Positions 12,080-25,937 of a DNA stretch of 64,000 bases are shown here, piece by piece. The notes under the pieces are model-generated. The model saw only the letters and a program-made list of their open reading frames with translations, searched no databases and had not been told where the DNA came from. The position numbers were made by a program, and so were the translations under genes. Each line of letters opens with the position of its first letter. Position 1 is the first letter of the stretch. The stretch lies in the NCBI RefSeq assembly GCF_000315625.1, contig NW_005434653.1:539745-603744 (forward strand), given 5' to 3'. This DNA comes from Guillardia theta CCMP2712 (taxonomy: Eukaryota > Protista > Cryptophyta).

Positions 12080-15000
12080 ATGCCTAGCGGACTGGACGAG
12101 CTTTGCGCAGAGTTCAGGGAAGCAAGGGATGGGAGAGACTGTGTGTTCAATGTGCTAGTCAACATTGCTGAATGCCGCGGCCTCTATGGATTGGCAAGCC
12201 ACGGGTTCAACGATTCCAAGGCTCGAGTGTATGGGACGTGGGACCCTGAAGGGACAGAGGTGTCGAAGATCCATTCCAAGACGAGCACGCCATTCTTCAA
12301 CTTTGTCTGCAAGCTCTCATATGTTGGGCAGCCACACAGGTTCTTGTCCTCCTCGATCGTCATCGAGATCCAGCATGACCGCGGGCTCCTGCCTGCTAAG
12401 ATCATAGGCGTGCTGCAGATTGGTGTGCTGGACGTTTTCCACAGCTCTGGTCACAAGCTTCCGCTTCAATGGTTTGCGATCAATGACATAGCATCTGATG
12501 AGCCAGCCATCCCCACAGGCTACATCAGGATGAACGTCATCATCAACAACATGGATGAGCCAGGGGCTGTTCAGGATGATGTGCCGGAGGAGGAGCGATC
12601 TCGCTGCGAGCTGCTGGAGATACCGAGGTTGCACAACTTCATCACGGCAACGGGCGTGTACAACATCATCTTCAAGATCTATCAAGCGCGGAACCTGAGG
12701 AGGGTCGACGATACCTGGGGCTCGGACCCTTTCATCAAGATCGTGATCCCTACAGGAGAAAACCAGACAGACACAAAGGCTTCAGACCTCAACCCCGTCT
12801 GGAACCAGCAGCTGCAGATTCCAGTGTACGAGCCAATATTCTGCGACCTCCTCGCCTTGCAGCTTTGGAACCAGAACATTGCTGGGAACCACGTCGTCGC
12901 TGAGCACATGTTCAGCTGGAAGGATGTGTTCTCTAGGCAGGAATACTACAAACAGCCCAGATGGTTCGACCTGTTTGCGCTTCCCGACAAGGGCATCATG
13001 GAAAGAACGGCTGAAAAGGTTCAATCGATCACAAGAAAAGTTGGGGAGTTCGTGGGGAACCGCCAGTTCAAGATGATGGCGTCAAAGATCTGCAGCGGGT
13101 TCGGCTCTGGGTCGTATGAAGAGCCCTCTGTCTATTGCGGCAGAGTTCTGCTCTCGATTGAGATTGAGGACAGGGAGGGGAGCAAAGCACAGCCGAGCTT
13201 GGCTCTTACGGAGATGAAACCTAAGGACTGCAAGCTGTTCCAGGACGTGAAGCAGAAGGTTTTCTTCCGATTTCATGTCTTCCATGGGCAGGGGTTGAAC
13301 GTGCCAGCGGTGGGGATGGGTCAGAACTGCTATGCCCAGGTCGAGCTCGAGATAGGAAGGAAATCGTGCACTACCAAGGTCAAGTCAGAGCACAAGGGCC
13401 TGTTCGAATGGTATCAAGCGGTGGAGCTAGAGGACGATATCCCTTATGATGATCAGCTCTGGCCCTGGCTGGACACGGACTATGAGGAGGGTTACTTCCC
13501 TTCTGAACTGATCGACGCTGCGTTCCCTCCTGTGTGGATCAAGGTGTACCGCTGCTCAGGCTTGCTGGACACGATCGGGGGAGCGAAGTTGACGAGGAAG
13601 CTGATTGGCTTCAAAAAGCTCAGGCTGAGGGACCTGCTGGCGATCGGGGAGAGGCCGGCGGCTCCCGTGGTGAACGCCATGGGCAAACCGACGATCATGG
13701 AGCTGACGCAAGGGAACCAGAAGGCAAACGTGATCTTGAACAAGAAGGACAGCTCGCTGCCCTCGTTCTACGTCGCTCCGTCCGAGGAGCTGCCGAAAGA
13801 GTGGAACCCCAGGGAGAGGAGCTACTTCAAGCCGACCTACACCAGCCCCCCCTGGCCCCACGGGGACAAGTTTGACGATGGGAGGGGGAACAATCACTCG
13901 ATGGACCCCTACATCGGCATGCAGTGCATCAAGCTCGACCGAGATGCTACGTGTGACCTTGAGCCTACGGACTTTGCTGGTTTCATCTGGGTCAGCCTCA
14001 AGATGTACGTCCCGTCCCGCACGAACTGCAGCAACGCGGTCAAGGGGCCTCCCATCCTCAGCCCGTTCGTCAAGTTTAACGAGATCTCGATCCCCTCGCC
14101 GCAGCAGCTCAAGTGCGAGGAGATCTTCTCCCTTAGAGCCCACATCTCCCAAGCTAAAGATCTCCCCTCCGCCAACACTGTGGGGATGGCAAACGCGTTC
14201 GTGGAGGTCGTGTTCTGCGGCAAGAAGATGCGGACGCATACAGTGAACGGGTCGAACTCCCCGACATGGGATTGCACCCTCTCCGGGGCCAGCTTCAACG
14301 ACTTCCTCCTCCCTAGTGTCGGCTGGCCGGGCTGCGATGATTTCGGGAGCGACCAGTACTACGAAGGGCTATATGTGAGCTCTTCTCAGCGTGTCTCTGT
14401 TCTCTACCTCTCCTTCTTCCTCTGAGCTGATGACGTCCCCTTGCAATGTTTCGGTTTCGCTCCTCCGCCATTGCCTGGCTCGCTGCTGATTCTTGTTGCT
14501 GAACAATGAGGGCAGGAGAAGTACAACCCCAAGGACGACGACTGGCCGGAAGACGGCCTGCAGTATTCCTACGGTAATGAAGACTACGCGCTCAGATGGT
14601 TGCGAAACTACAACATGGTGAGTGGGTGCTGCCCCTGGAGTGAAAGTCTCCCTCGCTCCCTCCCTCGCTCCCTCCCCTCCCTCCCTCCCCTCCCTCGCTC
14701 CCTCGCTCCCTCCCTCGCTCCCTCCCTCGCCCCCTCCCTCCCTCGCCCCCTCCCTCCCTCGCCCCCTCCCTCCCTCCCTCCCTCCCTCCCTCCCTCCTAT
14801 TGCCTTTGTCTGGTTCGCTGGGGGTCTGATTCTTGTCCAGCTCCGAGCGGCTCCAAGGATCGAGGTAAGGGTGCTCGAGAAGGTTGCGTCCAAGAACGTT
14901 CTCCTCGGGAGGTTCTTCGTGGTACGCTCCCTCCTCCCTCCCCCTTACGTGGCTGTCCTATCCCCTCCCTCTCCCCGACCTTGCAGTCTTATCTCCTCCG

Positions 15001-18000
15001 GCAGGCCCCCGAGCGCTGTTTTCACACCCACTGCGATCCCTCCTGGTTCGAGCTGTTCAAGGGGAACCCGGAAATAGATGAGGGCAAGCTGTACGCGAGC
15101 TTTCAGATCGTCCATAGGGATGACCCGCTCTTCAAAGTCATCCCGGGCGAACTCGTCCCGCAACGAACCGACGAGTTCCACAACTCCAAGGGCAACAAGC
15201 AGTTTGTAGAGCCCAACGCCTGGAAGTGGGACCCTAACGACGGCGTCCCCATCCCCTGGGAGTCCTTTCCCATACCCTTTGCCTTCTTCAGCCGGACCAG
15301 GATGCCCTGCAGGGGCTACAACCCTTTCCCCTGCCCCATGAACCCCTACGTAGAGGCGGCGGAGGTGTTCATGCGGGAATGCAGGATCCAGGTTCAGATC
15401 CTGGGGCTGCGGAACATGAGCGAGCAGCTCGGCCTGAGCTCCCCCTCCCTCGCCTTCTTCGTGCAAACCACAGACAGCTGGAACGGGGACCCAGCCGGGT
15501 TCAAGGTGACCAAGGAGTGCAGCCTGCCGAACCCCAACGATGTCAACTTCATGCAGCAGCTCGAGCTGGAGGTGCTGCTGCCGGATGACCCGGAGTACGC
15601 GCCGGACCTGGAGTTCCTAGTGTTTGACTACCAGGGCTTCTTCGGGGGGAGGAAGATCGTGTGCTGGGGCTCGGAGCCGCTCAGGCTCTTCTACCCGTGC
15701 GGGGTCAAGGAGGACAACGCGGACGACAACGACGACGACGAGGACGAGGCGGCGAGGCTGAGGAGGGAGAAAGTTGAGCGAAGGAAGAAGTTCGAGGAGC
15801 TGATGGAGGAGCTGATGAAGGCTGGCACGATCCAGGCGAAGGAGGCGAAGAAGCTTCTGAATCACTTCAAGAGCGGCATGTCCAAGGACTTGGACCATGC
15901 GTTCGACCTCTACCTCGCCGCTCCCTCGGAAGCTGCCTTCCTGGAGAGGACGGAAGAGTTCCTCCTGACGAGAGAGATGAAGGACATCGAGGCCAAGGAG
16001 AAGGCGCTGGAGAAGAAGAGGAAGAAGGATGAGGAGCGGCAGCGGAAGGAGGAAGCGAAGGAAAAGGAGAGAGAGGAGAAGGAGGCGAAGAAGAAGAAGG
16101 CAGAGGAGGAGAAACAGAAGAAGCTAGAGCTGCTGCAGGAGAAGAAGGAAAAGCAGGCGGCGGAGAAGGCAGCGAAACTGGAAGCCAAGAAGGCAGAGAA
16201 GCTTGCGAAGCAGCTTGCGAAGGAGGCAGAGAGAATGGAGAAGGAGGCCGCTGCTGCTTCCCTCACTAACTCGAGAAAGAAAGGGACAGAGGGCGACAAG
16301 GGAGGGGATGCAGTGCAGACAAGCCCGGAGGAAGTCAGGATGACGCTAACGACCGATGTGATGGAAGAAGGACGCGAGGTCAAGGTTGTGTTAGCATCGG
16401 ATGACGACAAGGAAGGAGAGGGTGAGGACGGGGTGAACGAGGAGGGGGCGCTGGACGAAGCAGACGCTGTGGAGGAAGAAGCAGACGCAAACCCTGAGGG
16501 TGGAGAGCACTATCATGAGGAGGGGGGAGAGACGTATGAGGATGAGACTCCCATGGCTGAGCATGAGGAGCAGGCTGAGCTCCAGCAGGCAGAGGAGGAG
16601 CGACTTGCAGACGAGCTGCACCTGGGGGACAAGGGGCCGAGTGATCAGCACGAAGAAGTCGGCGACAACCCCAACCAGGCCGTGTACGAAACGGCTGGAG
16701 GGGGAGGAGCGGGAGCGGGAGCAGGAGCAGGAGCAGGAGGAGGGGACGAAGTTGGAGAAGGGGACGAAGTTCTGGATGTTGTTGACATCTACTCTGCCAT
16801 CCGGCCAGAGGACGATGAGGAGCCGGACAGGCAGGAAGTGATCGACACTCCCGACGGGAAGCCCAACGCCGAGTGGCTGGTGTTCAGAAAGCACACCAAG
16901 TTCACGGAGCCGCTGGAGAAGACCAAGGAGTGGACGGACCTGTTCGAACCGAGCTTCGAGGAGGTGCCTCTGTTCCAGGGGAGGGTAAGGGACTACAAGA
17001 GGAGGAATGCAGAGGCTGTGGGAGTGGTCAAGTGCAGGATCAAGGTGTTCCGGAAGGAGAACGAGACGAAGGCGGGGAAGAGCGAGCTGAACCCGGAGCG
17101 AGATCCCGAGTACTTTGAAGTTGTCAGCTCCGACCCCTCCATCCCAGACGCCCTGGAGAAGTGCCGCCCTTACAAGCAGTACAACATCTACGAGACGTTT
17201 GCGGAGGCGACGGTGGAGGTTCGGGTGTACTGCCTCAAGGCGTTCCAGGTGACGCCTGGCGGGTTCATGAGGGAGGAGAACGGGGAGGGGATGTGGCTGC
17301 AGTACCTGGAGGCTCGGCTAGGGGACAAGAAGCACGAGAGCGATGTTGTTAAGTCGCTCAATCCCAACTTCTTCCACGTCTTCCAGTTCGCCGACTGCGT
17401 GATTCCCGGGCCCAGCCAGCTGGTCATCACCCTATTGGATGCGAGCATAGCCCCGCAAGGGATGATCCTCTCCACCAAGAAGATTGGGACAACTACCATC
17501 GACCTGGAAGACAGGCATGCTGCTGCTGCTCCTCCTCCTCTTCCTCCCCTGACTCTTGCTCGCTCCTCCTTCTCTGACTCCCACTTCCCCCTCCTCCCGT
17601 GACTGGTGCTTCGCAGGTGGTTCTGCCAAGAATGGCGAGACGAGAAGTACAAGCCGAGAGAGGTGAGGGATCTGATCAACGAGGAAGAGCTTCCCGGGGT
17701 CTCTCAGGGCAAACTCTCCCTCTTCCTGGACATCGTGGACGAGACGAAGGCGGCGGAGCAGCCGGTGGAAGACATCAAGGTGCTCGGCAAGACGCTGCCC
17801 ATGGAGCTCCGCGTCATCATCTGGAACACTCTCGACACGGCGCCAAAGGACTCCTACACCAGCGACGTCTACATCAGCTGCGAGCTGCTGGGCGTCGGGC
17901 AGCCCAAGATGACGGACACGCACTACGGGGTGAAGGTGAAGGCGTACGGCATGTTCAACTACCGCTTGAAGTGGAAGTGCAAGTTCCCTGAGATGAACCT

Positions 18001-19364
18001 CGAGTACCTGATGAGGATTAGCGTGTGGGACGAGAACGCGCTGACCAGCCACAAGTCGATCGCGGAGGGAGTCCTGCCCCTCAAGAAGCTCTTCAAGGAC
18101 TGCTTCGAGCGGAACCAGGGGAAGGTGAAGGAGGGAGGAGGAGGCAGGGGGCAGGGGGCAGGAGGCAGGAAGAGCGGAGGGGGGGAGCAGGGAGGAGGAT
18201 GGTCCGGGGTGAGTGACTGGCAAGCAGACCTCTCCTGACGACATGGAGTTTGTCTTCATGACCCCGAGAGACATGGGTCAGGTACGAATTACCACTCCTC
18301 TCCTCCTCTCTCCTCCTCCTCTTCCCCTCTTATTCCTCCTCTTTTCCTCTTACTGCTCCTCCCTCCTTCTCTGTCCCTTCTCTTCCTCTTCCCCTTCTCC
18401 TCCTCCTCCTTCTCCTCATCCTTCCTAACTTGCAAACCATAGGATACGGACGCAGACAAGCAGGTGCTGGTGGACGAGGAGAACTTCAAGTATCCCTACA
18501 TCTGGTATAAGATGGTCCATCCCAACTTCGGCTTCAACCGCGAGAAGAATTCGCAAGCAAAACTCCAGCTGTCCATCCAGGTAGCTGCTGCTGCTGCTTC
18601 TGCTGCTCCAGTTGCTCGACTCCCGTCTCATCCTCCTTCTTCTTCTCCTCCTCCTCCCCTCCCACCTCCTCCTCTTCTATCTTTGTTGTATTCATCCTCT
18701 CCCCAAACTTGTCTACCGTATCAGTGATCCTCTGCCTCCCAGGTGATGCCACGTGCCAAGGCGCGCGCAAACCCAGCAGGACGCGCAAGGAATGGTCCCT
18801 CCAAGCTCGCAGAGCCGGGTCGTCCTCCTCAGGTGATGCCGCAAGTCGCTTCCTCCTGCCTTGACCAGAGGAGCAGCCGGCTAACCCGATCCTCGAGTCG
18901 GAGAAGTGCAAGGCATACATCGTGTATAGGTTCCTTCTCTTGGAGGCCTTAGGGCTCGTGGTGACTCTGGCGCAGCATCAAGGAATTCTTCGGTCGCTGC
19001 AAGGGAACCTGCATGGTCTACACCCCTTCTCAGCTCCTCCTCCCTCTCTGCGCTTGCTCCCTTCTCCTCCTCGACTCCCTCCTGCTCCTCCTCCTCGCCG
19101 TCGTCTGACTCCCGTTGCTCCTTCCCTCTCCTCCTCCTCGTCTGACTCCCGTTGCTCCTTCCCTTTCGTCCTCCTCCCATGGCTCCCGTTGCTCGTGACT
19201 CCCTGTTTCCCTCACTCTCTTGCAGTGTCTCTGCTGCTGCCTTATTTGTGGCCTCATCCTCGCCGCCATCGCCGGCATCCAGGTCATGCGCCTACTGAGG
19301 CAGTTGACTCAGCTGACTGCTCCTGCAGATGGCCTTCCCTGGTCTTCTCCCCATCCCTGGCTGA
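12080..19364 (+). CDS. Ferlin-family multi-C2-domain tail-anchored membrane protein
   Basis: Several C2 domains (IYQARNLRRVDDTWGSDPFIKI...LNPVWNQ; LRAHISQAKDLPSANTVGMANAFVEV; CRIQVQILGLRNM; IGTTTIDLEDR|WF; MELRVIIWNT...TDTHY...FNYRLKW). Ferlin C-terminal ANPAGRARNGP..L.EPGRP and a terminal TM helix (LICGLILAAIAGIQ). Confidence 0.88.
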
Positions 19365-19485
19365 ACGCTGGAGCTGGAACGGGAGCATGTAAACTACCTG
19401 AGACGGTGCCTTCGGGGAGGCAGCTTGTTGTACTTTGTGATGTAGATGTATGAAAGCCTCGCTCGCATGTCTGTCCTCCCTTCTC

Positions 19486-22400
19486 TTACACCCACATACG
19501 ATGAAAGTCCTCAGTGTTAGCGTCCTTGGCAATCCTCTCCAGCCACCGTAGCTGCGTCGGGTCCTTGACAAGCGTCAACGAGGAGGATGAGGAGGAGGAG
19601 GAGGAGGAGGAGAGGTTGAAAGGCGATTGCTCCTTACCTCGAAGCTCGACTGCACCAGCTGATCGAACTTGCGCCGCACATCCTGGACAAGCTCGGGACT
19701 GACCTGGAGGAGAGTTGACAAGGAGAGAGGAATAGAGGCAAAACCTTGCAGCGCTTGAAGGAAGCAAGGTATGCGCGGTAGCCCAGCCAGAAGATCTCTT
19801 TGCGCGAGAGGTCGATCGTCATACCTGGCAGCTTGAACNNNNNNNNNNNNNNNNNNNNNNNNNNNNNNNNNNNNNNNNNNNNNNNNNNNNNNNNNNNNNN
19901 NNNNNNNNNNNNNNNNNNNNNNNNNNNNNNNNNNNNNNGGAGGAGGAGGAGGGTAAAGTAAAGACCTGCGTCTCTGATGACAGGGCTGGATGGAAGCGAC
20001 ATGATATGAGAGAAAGCTGCTGAGATCACAGCCTGGGGAAAGATCAAGGGAGAAAGATCAGAGAGACAGGAGACCTCGACTGTGCTGGCGAGGAACGAGA
20101 CGTTCTGGACGTGAATAGCAGCAAGCGCGTCCGAGTACGCTTTCTGCTTCATGGCTGCGAAGAGGAAGCCCTGCTCGTGAGTGAGTCAGATGTTGACAGG
20201 TCTGTGAGCTCGTCTGCCCCGCCTGAAATATGTTATATCGCACGCGCCGACAGGAGTTGATGGTCCGGTCCAGCAGGATGGGCAGGAGCTGAGAAGGCGC
20301 TTACGGGAGAGGAGGAGCAATGGGAAGGATTCGACAGACTTTGCTCTTGACTGAACCTATCGTCTTCTCCCTCATCTTCAACCTGCACTCAACATCAATA
20401 CCCCACAGCACTCAGTCTCTCAAGTCTTACCCAGGCCTTCCTTCAAACGCGACCGTCGTGGCGTCTCGAAGATGTTGGTCCCTGTACCGGCTGTAGTCTA
20501 GCCTCACCTACAGCACATCATTCGTCAGGAAGCAGACTCCTCCTCCTCCTCTTTCCCCCTCCCCTTCCCCCTCTCCCTTCTCCCCCTCCTCCCCCTCCTC
20601 TTCCTCTCAGTACGTTCATGCTCCTGGTGTCCAGCACGAGCCCACACCAATGAAGTTCTGCTCCCTCCAGCCTCTTTATCGCTACTTCTTTCTCTCCTCG
20701 CACCGACACTCGCACGTCATAATTCACTTTGGACTTGTCAAGGTTCAACTCCACTCCATAGTCTGCCCGTCAGAGTCACTTGATACGTCCGGGCGAGCAA
20801 GTCTGCCGACCTGCATGCCCACACGCCATGGCGCGCAAGAACGCGCGAGCATGCTGCACGACGTCAGTCCCCGGAGGTCGAGCAAGACAACACCCGAACC
20901 TGAACCTCGGACGAGATGTAGAGAAAGTCATCAACAACTCTCATCATGAGTGCTACGTCTGCCTTTCCGCCCTTCCCGCCCTGGCTGCTGTCATGCAGCT
21001 TCTTCGAGCTCAACTCGTTCCTCTTCAGATCCCCTTGCAAGAACCTGCGATGCATCGACGGGATCCTGACCAACCGGTTGTTCTCCAGATGTCCATAGAT
21101 GCAGCAGCAGAGCAACGAAGACAAGACAGACCCCTGACACAAGTCACAGCAAGACAAATCCTCCCTACCTTCTCCTTGCTCCTTCCTCTCACCTGCGGGA
21201 TCCCCTGGGTCTGCATGAGGTATGAGGGCCCAAGCTTCACTATGTTCTCCTTCACGTGATCTATCGCAATCCTTCAGCCATGTCGGCCACCAATCATAGT
21301 CACAAACCTCGCAACGCTGAGAGAACTTCGTCCCGGGAGCAGTAGTGGTACTCGACCAGGTCTGTGAAGATACAGTTCCTGAACGCCAGCGGTGACCGTG
21401 GAGTGCGACTGGTTGTCATGGAACCTTTTGAATTCGGAGAATTCACGAGCATCGGAGACGAACTAGGAAGCGCCTCAGCAGCTGGCGACGTGGGAGGCCA
21501 GACTTGAAGAGTTCACCTGCGAGTATCGGGTGGATGGAACTGCCTGTGTTGAGAACTTGGGGCGGTTGCCTTGTGCATGTCAGAGGAGGGAGACGACAGA
21601 GTTTCCAAGGATACCACACGGAGTTTGAATGTACCGTCGCAACATGTACTCATCTTGCATGTTGTTAGGACAAGAAATCCAAAAAGCAGAACTTTCGATG
21701 ATACCTTCCGAGAAGAGAGAGCAGGCGACTTCCAGAAGCTTGTCATGCTTGATGGAATCGAACGACTGCAAAGTAAAGTCAACACGAGTAATCTTCAACG
21801 TTGCACTTTGCACTTGCCTTGACGACATCCAGAGAGGAGAAAAACATCGAGGGTTTCCCGTTCTCTTTCCACAACTTGACAGCCAGCACTTGTCACCGCA
21901 AGGAACTAGAGCACTGAACATACCCGGACCAGCGTCAGGTATCGTGTGAATATGTCGTTCTGGCCCAGCACAGACGATCTGACAGACATGTTCGTCACTT
22001 TCTCTCACTCTCATTCCACGTCATACCCCAAGATCTGCGGATTCAGCTGCTTCTCAGCTGAGAGCACCGAGAAGGGGCGAGACAAGGCAGAGTTGCTGCT
22101 CGGCTTTTGAATCTTCTTCCCAGAATTTGAAGTCACCTGGGACGTTTGCTCAATCGTCCTGAAAAGCAAGACAACCTCCTACCGTCAACGGATATCGTCG
22201 CCCCATGTTCACTATCGGTCGAACTCCCTTGCGCCCTCCCCGCGGCAGCAGCCGCAACCTGGCGGGCCCGACGCTCCGTTTGGCCAGAATTTTCTTGAGT
22301 TGAGCATGTCAGCTGCACACGAAGACGGACAGAGGAGGACCTTTGCTTCTGTACGTGTGATCAGTCGATAGATGTGTCTGGTCAGACTAGGAAAGTATTC

Positions 22401-25184
22401 CTGCGGATAACATGTCACACACCAAGACAACTGATGATTGTTGGTGAAGATGTCAGGGACCTTCTTGATAGCAAACCAGTCGGGTTTGCGGAAGAAAGCT
22501 AACCGGTTGCGAGTAGCTTCAGTCTCGGTGACGTAAAAGTTTGACCGTATCAAGGGTATAACAATCTCTGAGAAGAGAAAACCAACGACTTTTGCTGCCC
22601 TTGTCGTCTATCTCGCAACATCACACAACCGATGATATCGCATTCTGCCGTCAAATCAAACCTTGACAATCAGTTCTTGTGAAGAAACATGACGATCCTT
22701 GGCGTTGCTCTGTCCGATCATACATCAGCAGCCAGTCGTTTCCACAGTTGGAGTACCGAGGCTGACTTGTCTTGTGAGCTCCGCCCGTCGAACAGCCATG
22801 CGCACTTAGTGATCTCCCATCTTAAGTCAGCGACTTGCTCGCCCGGCCGTCTCTCACCTTGAAGTTGTACATGGCATGTCGGACAAGAAACCTCTCGTAC
22901 CTCCGTAGCTTCAAGAACAGCTTCACGCTGCTCACCTCAAGTCAGACGCTCTCACTGCCACCCTCGTCGACACCTGCGGAAGAAAGCTCTCTCGTTCTCC
23001 TCGCAGCCCCACAGCTCCCGGGGGATCTGTCAGCGAATCAACCAACGTGGCTGGATCACATCAAAATCACCAGACGGCGGAGAACCGATCTGAGGAAGGC
23101 AGCGACAGAACTGACGCTGACTGATGGAGCAGAGGTCAGCCAGCCGCAGCCTACAAGTCTTCATTCACCTCGCAGCTCAAGACTTGATCGATCGAACGCT
23201 TGGTCTCTTGTACCCGTATCTCCACTTCTTCCCTTCAAGTCGCCCCCCGCAAGAGGCTCGATCACCTGCCCCCTCCTCCTCTTCCGGCAAGAGAACAGCT
23301 GCGGTGCCTCAGACGGCCTCCGCACAGCTGGAGGGTGACTGGGCCCAGACGCCTTGTGTGCTGACTTGTCCTCTGCCCCTGTCTTGTGAACGGGGCTCTG
23401 CTTTGAATGCGCTAGAGGGCAATGCCGCTGCAGCAGCAGCCCGTACGGGAGCTTGCTATGCTTACACAACAACTTCTTGAGGATCCGGCAGAGGGGCTGG
23501 AGCTGAGGCTTCACTCTCGAGTGCCTGAGGGCAACAGCATCAGTACTCAGCTGGCAAAGTTGCAGGCAGGGGCCAGCACTTCTTGAGCAGGGGCTGCGCC
23601 TTATCAGGTGGGGCGATGCAGCTCAGTCGATACTTGGGGGAGTACAGCACAGTGTTCATCAGCCAAGCAGCTGCTCGCCCTCCTTTGCCGATAGAATTGA
23701 AGACGTGCTGACCGGGAAATCCTGTTGGAGGGCACGGACCACCGTCAAAATCCTCCCTGCCTCACAGGCAAACGAGAACCTGCCCTCTTGGGGAAGGAAG
23801 CGCTGTACAAGATCAAGGTCTTGGGGACTTCCAGGGACAGCACAGACTTCAGCTCTCTCGACTGAGACGCGATCGTCTTAGCGCCGCTCGTCTTGATGCC
23901 GTCGGATGATTCTTCCGCCATCTCCTGCGGCATCATCGAGTCAACGGAGTGTAAGGCGCTGCGAAATATGCAACCTGGGGCCTTTTCCCTTCCAGTGCCA
24001 GAGCTAACAAGTTTGAACAGGTCAGAAAGATCACGTTCCTATCAAGATGAAGAGAGAATTCATACTTGAAAGGCGGAGTTTGAAACGCCTCCTGTTTCTT
24101 GACCTTGTTGCAAGAAGGTGAGGATGGGAGGTTTGTTTCAACACGAGTTACAGCTTTAAAGATTTCCTTGGAGTTTTCTTCGACTTCGATGCAGTTACGT
24201 TGTGAGGGGCATCCAATGCTGAAACATACACTGTCATGTACATTCTCATAAATGAAAAGATACGCCCACATTTCTGAACATTCTTGTTCGTGTTCAGCAC
24301 GCTGGCTATCACCGGACCTGCACAACCATCAGCTGTTGCCATCGTGCAGCGCAGCATTCACCTGTCACTTGAAGAAAGCAAGAATTCTTCAGGAGGATCA
24401 GCGTGATCTACATCCCATCCCATGTCAGCAGCCTGAACCCTCATCGCCGCTGGCTGGAACACCACACCGTATCCATTAGCAGGTGCAGTAGAAGCGCGTC
24501 TCCAATGCAACGATGCAGCTCTGCCCAGATCCTTTTGAGAGGGGTCAGAGGTTAACTAAGTCATGGTCATCTGGCTAACGTCGTCTTGAAGATGTTCACT
24601 ATCGTGTTGGGGTACGTGCTCTCAATGCCATGCATCGATCTTGTGCCTGCCCCCGTCCTGGGGTTCAGGAGCCTGTATCCCAGCGCCAAGACATTCTGAT
24701 TCTTGAAGTCCTTCGTCGACTGGAGGACGATGGAGGTCACAGCCATGAAAGCATCAGGCAAGGAAGATAAATGCCCTCTCAGCGGGAGGAAGGGCAAGGA
24801 GATGAAACTACCTGCCGTACAAGAGTCGCAACTGCCCTGTCCACCACCTCGTGGGTGAGGAAAGAAGGGCTCTCGGGCAGTGGTCTCTGCCTTCCTGCTG
24901 TTCTGCCTGCATCGCTCTCTTCCTGGTGACTGAAGTAGCAAACCAACCTACATGCTCCCTCGTAAGAACACTGGCTTCATTCGCTCGCTCCCTAGAGTTA
25001 CTCACGTGGTCCTGAGGAGATCGTCGAGCTCCTTGCTGCGCGAGGACAGCCTGCTCCGAAGTGTCTTGTGGGCAGAGGAAGGGACAGTGTAGTAGAGGAA
25101 CTCGAGGAGGCTGCTGACTCGCCTCCTCGTCCTCTCCCTCAGCTCCCCGCGCATGGCGCTCGACGCCCCCAGCGCGCGGGGCAT
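19486..25184 (-). CDS. TERT: Telomerase reverse transcriptase, multi-exon
   Basis: GQ motif NVLALGY; T motif LIRSNFYVTETEATRNRLAFFRKPDW; motifs 1/2 ARLRLLPRGGRKGVRPIVNM; motif A MFFSSLDVVK|SFDSIKHDKL; B' QTQGIPQ|GSVLSSLLCCCIYGHLE; C LMMRVVDDFLYIS; E LHWCGLVLDTRSM; CTE IFWLGYRAY. Ends are approximate and a gap lies at 19839-19938. Confidence 0.95.
19839..19938. other. Assembly gap (100 N) inside TERT
   Basis: Run of N. Confidence 1.
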
Positions 25185-25199
25185 GTCGAGTCTCCGACA

Positions 25200-25937
25200 A
25201 CTTTGCGGCTGTAGGGAAAAAGTGCTTAAATTAAGAGAAAAAGCTCTTAAATCAGGTAACTATACGGCTAAAATAGAGGAATCATACTAATTAAGTGACT
25301 ATTTGGGTAAATTAAGGTATTTAAGGGTTAATCTGTATTGATTTAAGTGACTTGGCAGCTAAAGTTGGGTGGAGGTGTGGGGTAGGGGTCATATGGCCCT
25401 GCACAATTGTAAGAAAAGGTCATGGGTGGGTGGTATTGGAAAATTTACTACCGGTACTTATTCTAAAAATTGTACTTTGAATCAGGTAGGGTGGTATGGA
25501 TAGTTATCCTTTAGGGGTCCTACTCAACCTACTCATTGCAGGGGTGGGGTCATACAGGCCGACCGCAAATGGGATAGAAGGGGGGAGGGAGGGAGGGAGG
25601 GAGGGAGCAGAGGGAGTTTGGAGTAGGCGCATGTAGAAGGAGCATGTGAGAAACATGAAGACTAGACATGTAGAAGACATGTAGAAGATACATGTAGAGG
25701 GGATTATGGGATTTTGTTTTAGGATATCCGATAAATGGAGAGCCAGGAGTATAGAAATGGAAGAGCAGGAATGCAGGGGAACCACGGAGCAGGATTTTAT
25801 TCTCAGTGTCTCGTCGTTTGATAATACTGTTTTCTCATGTTTCCTTCTCGCAGAGAAAGCTACGCACAAAGCAGCTTGATAGCAGGGAAACGACCTCATG
25901 TCGTTGTTCTGAGAACTGAGTCAAACATTCTCTGAGC
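25200..25937. promoter_or_regulatory. Divergent TERT/ESS2 intergenic promoter region
   Basis: Head-to-head genes. AT-rich TTAA-rich tract at 25220-25350 plus several GGGTGGGGT/GGGGTAGGGG motifs. Confidence 0.55.

Noticed and set aside
13556-18274. Long antisense ORFs opposite ferlin
   Set aside because: Expected shadows of GC3-biased coding sequence.
19486-25184. Retroelement or group II intron interpretation of the RT motifs
   Set aside because: Telomerase-specific GQ and T motifs are present, the gene is intron-rich, and no endonuclease, integrase or LTR is seen.
25200-25937. Telomerase RNA gene next to TERT
   Set aside because: Only an isolated tttagggg near 25510. I found no 1.5-repeat template or supportable structure.
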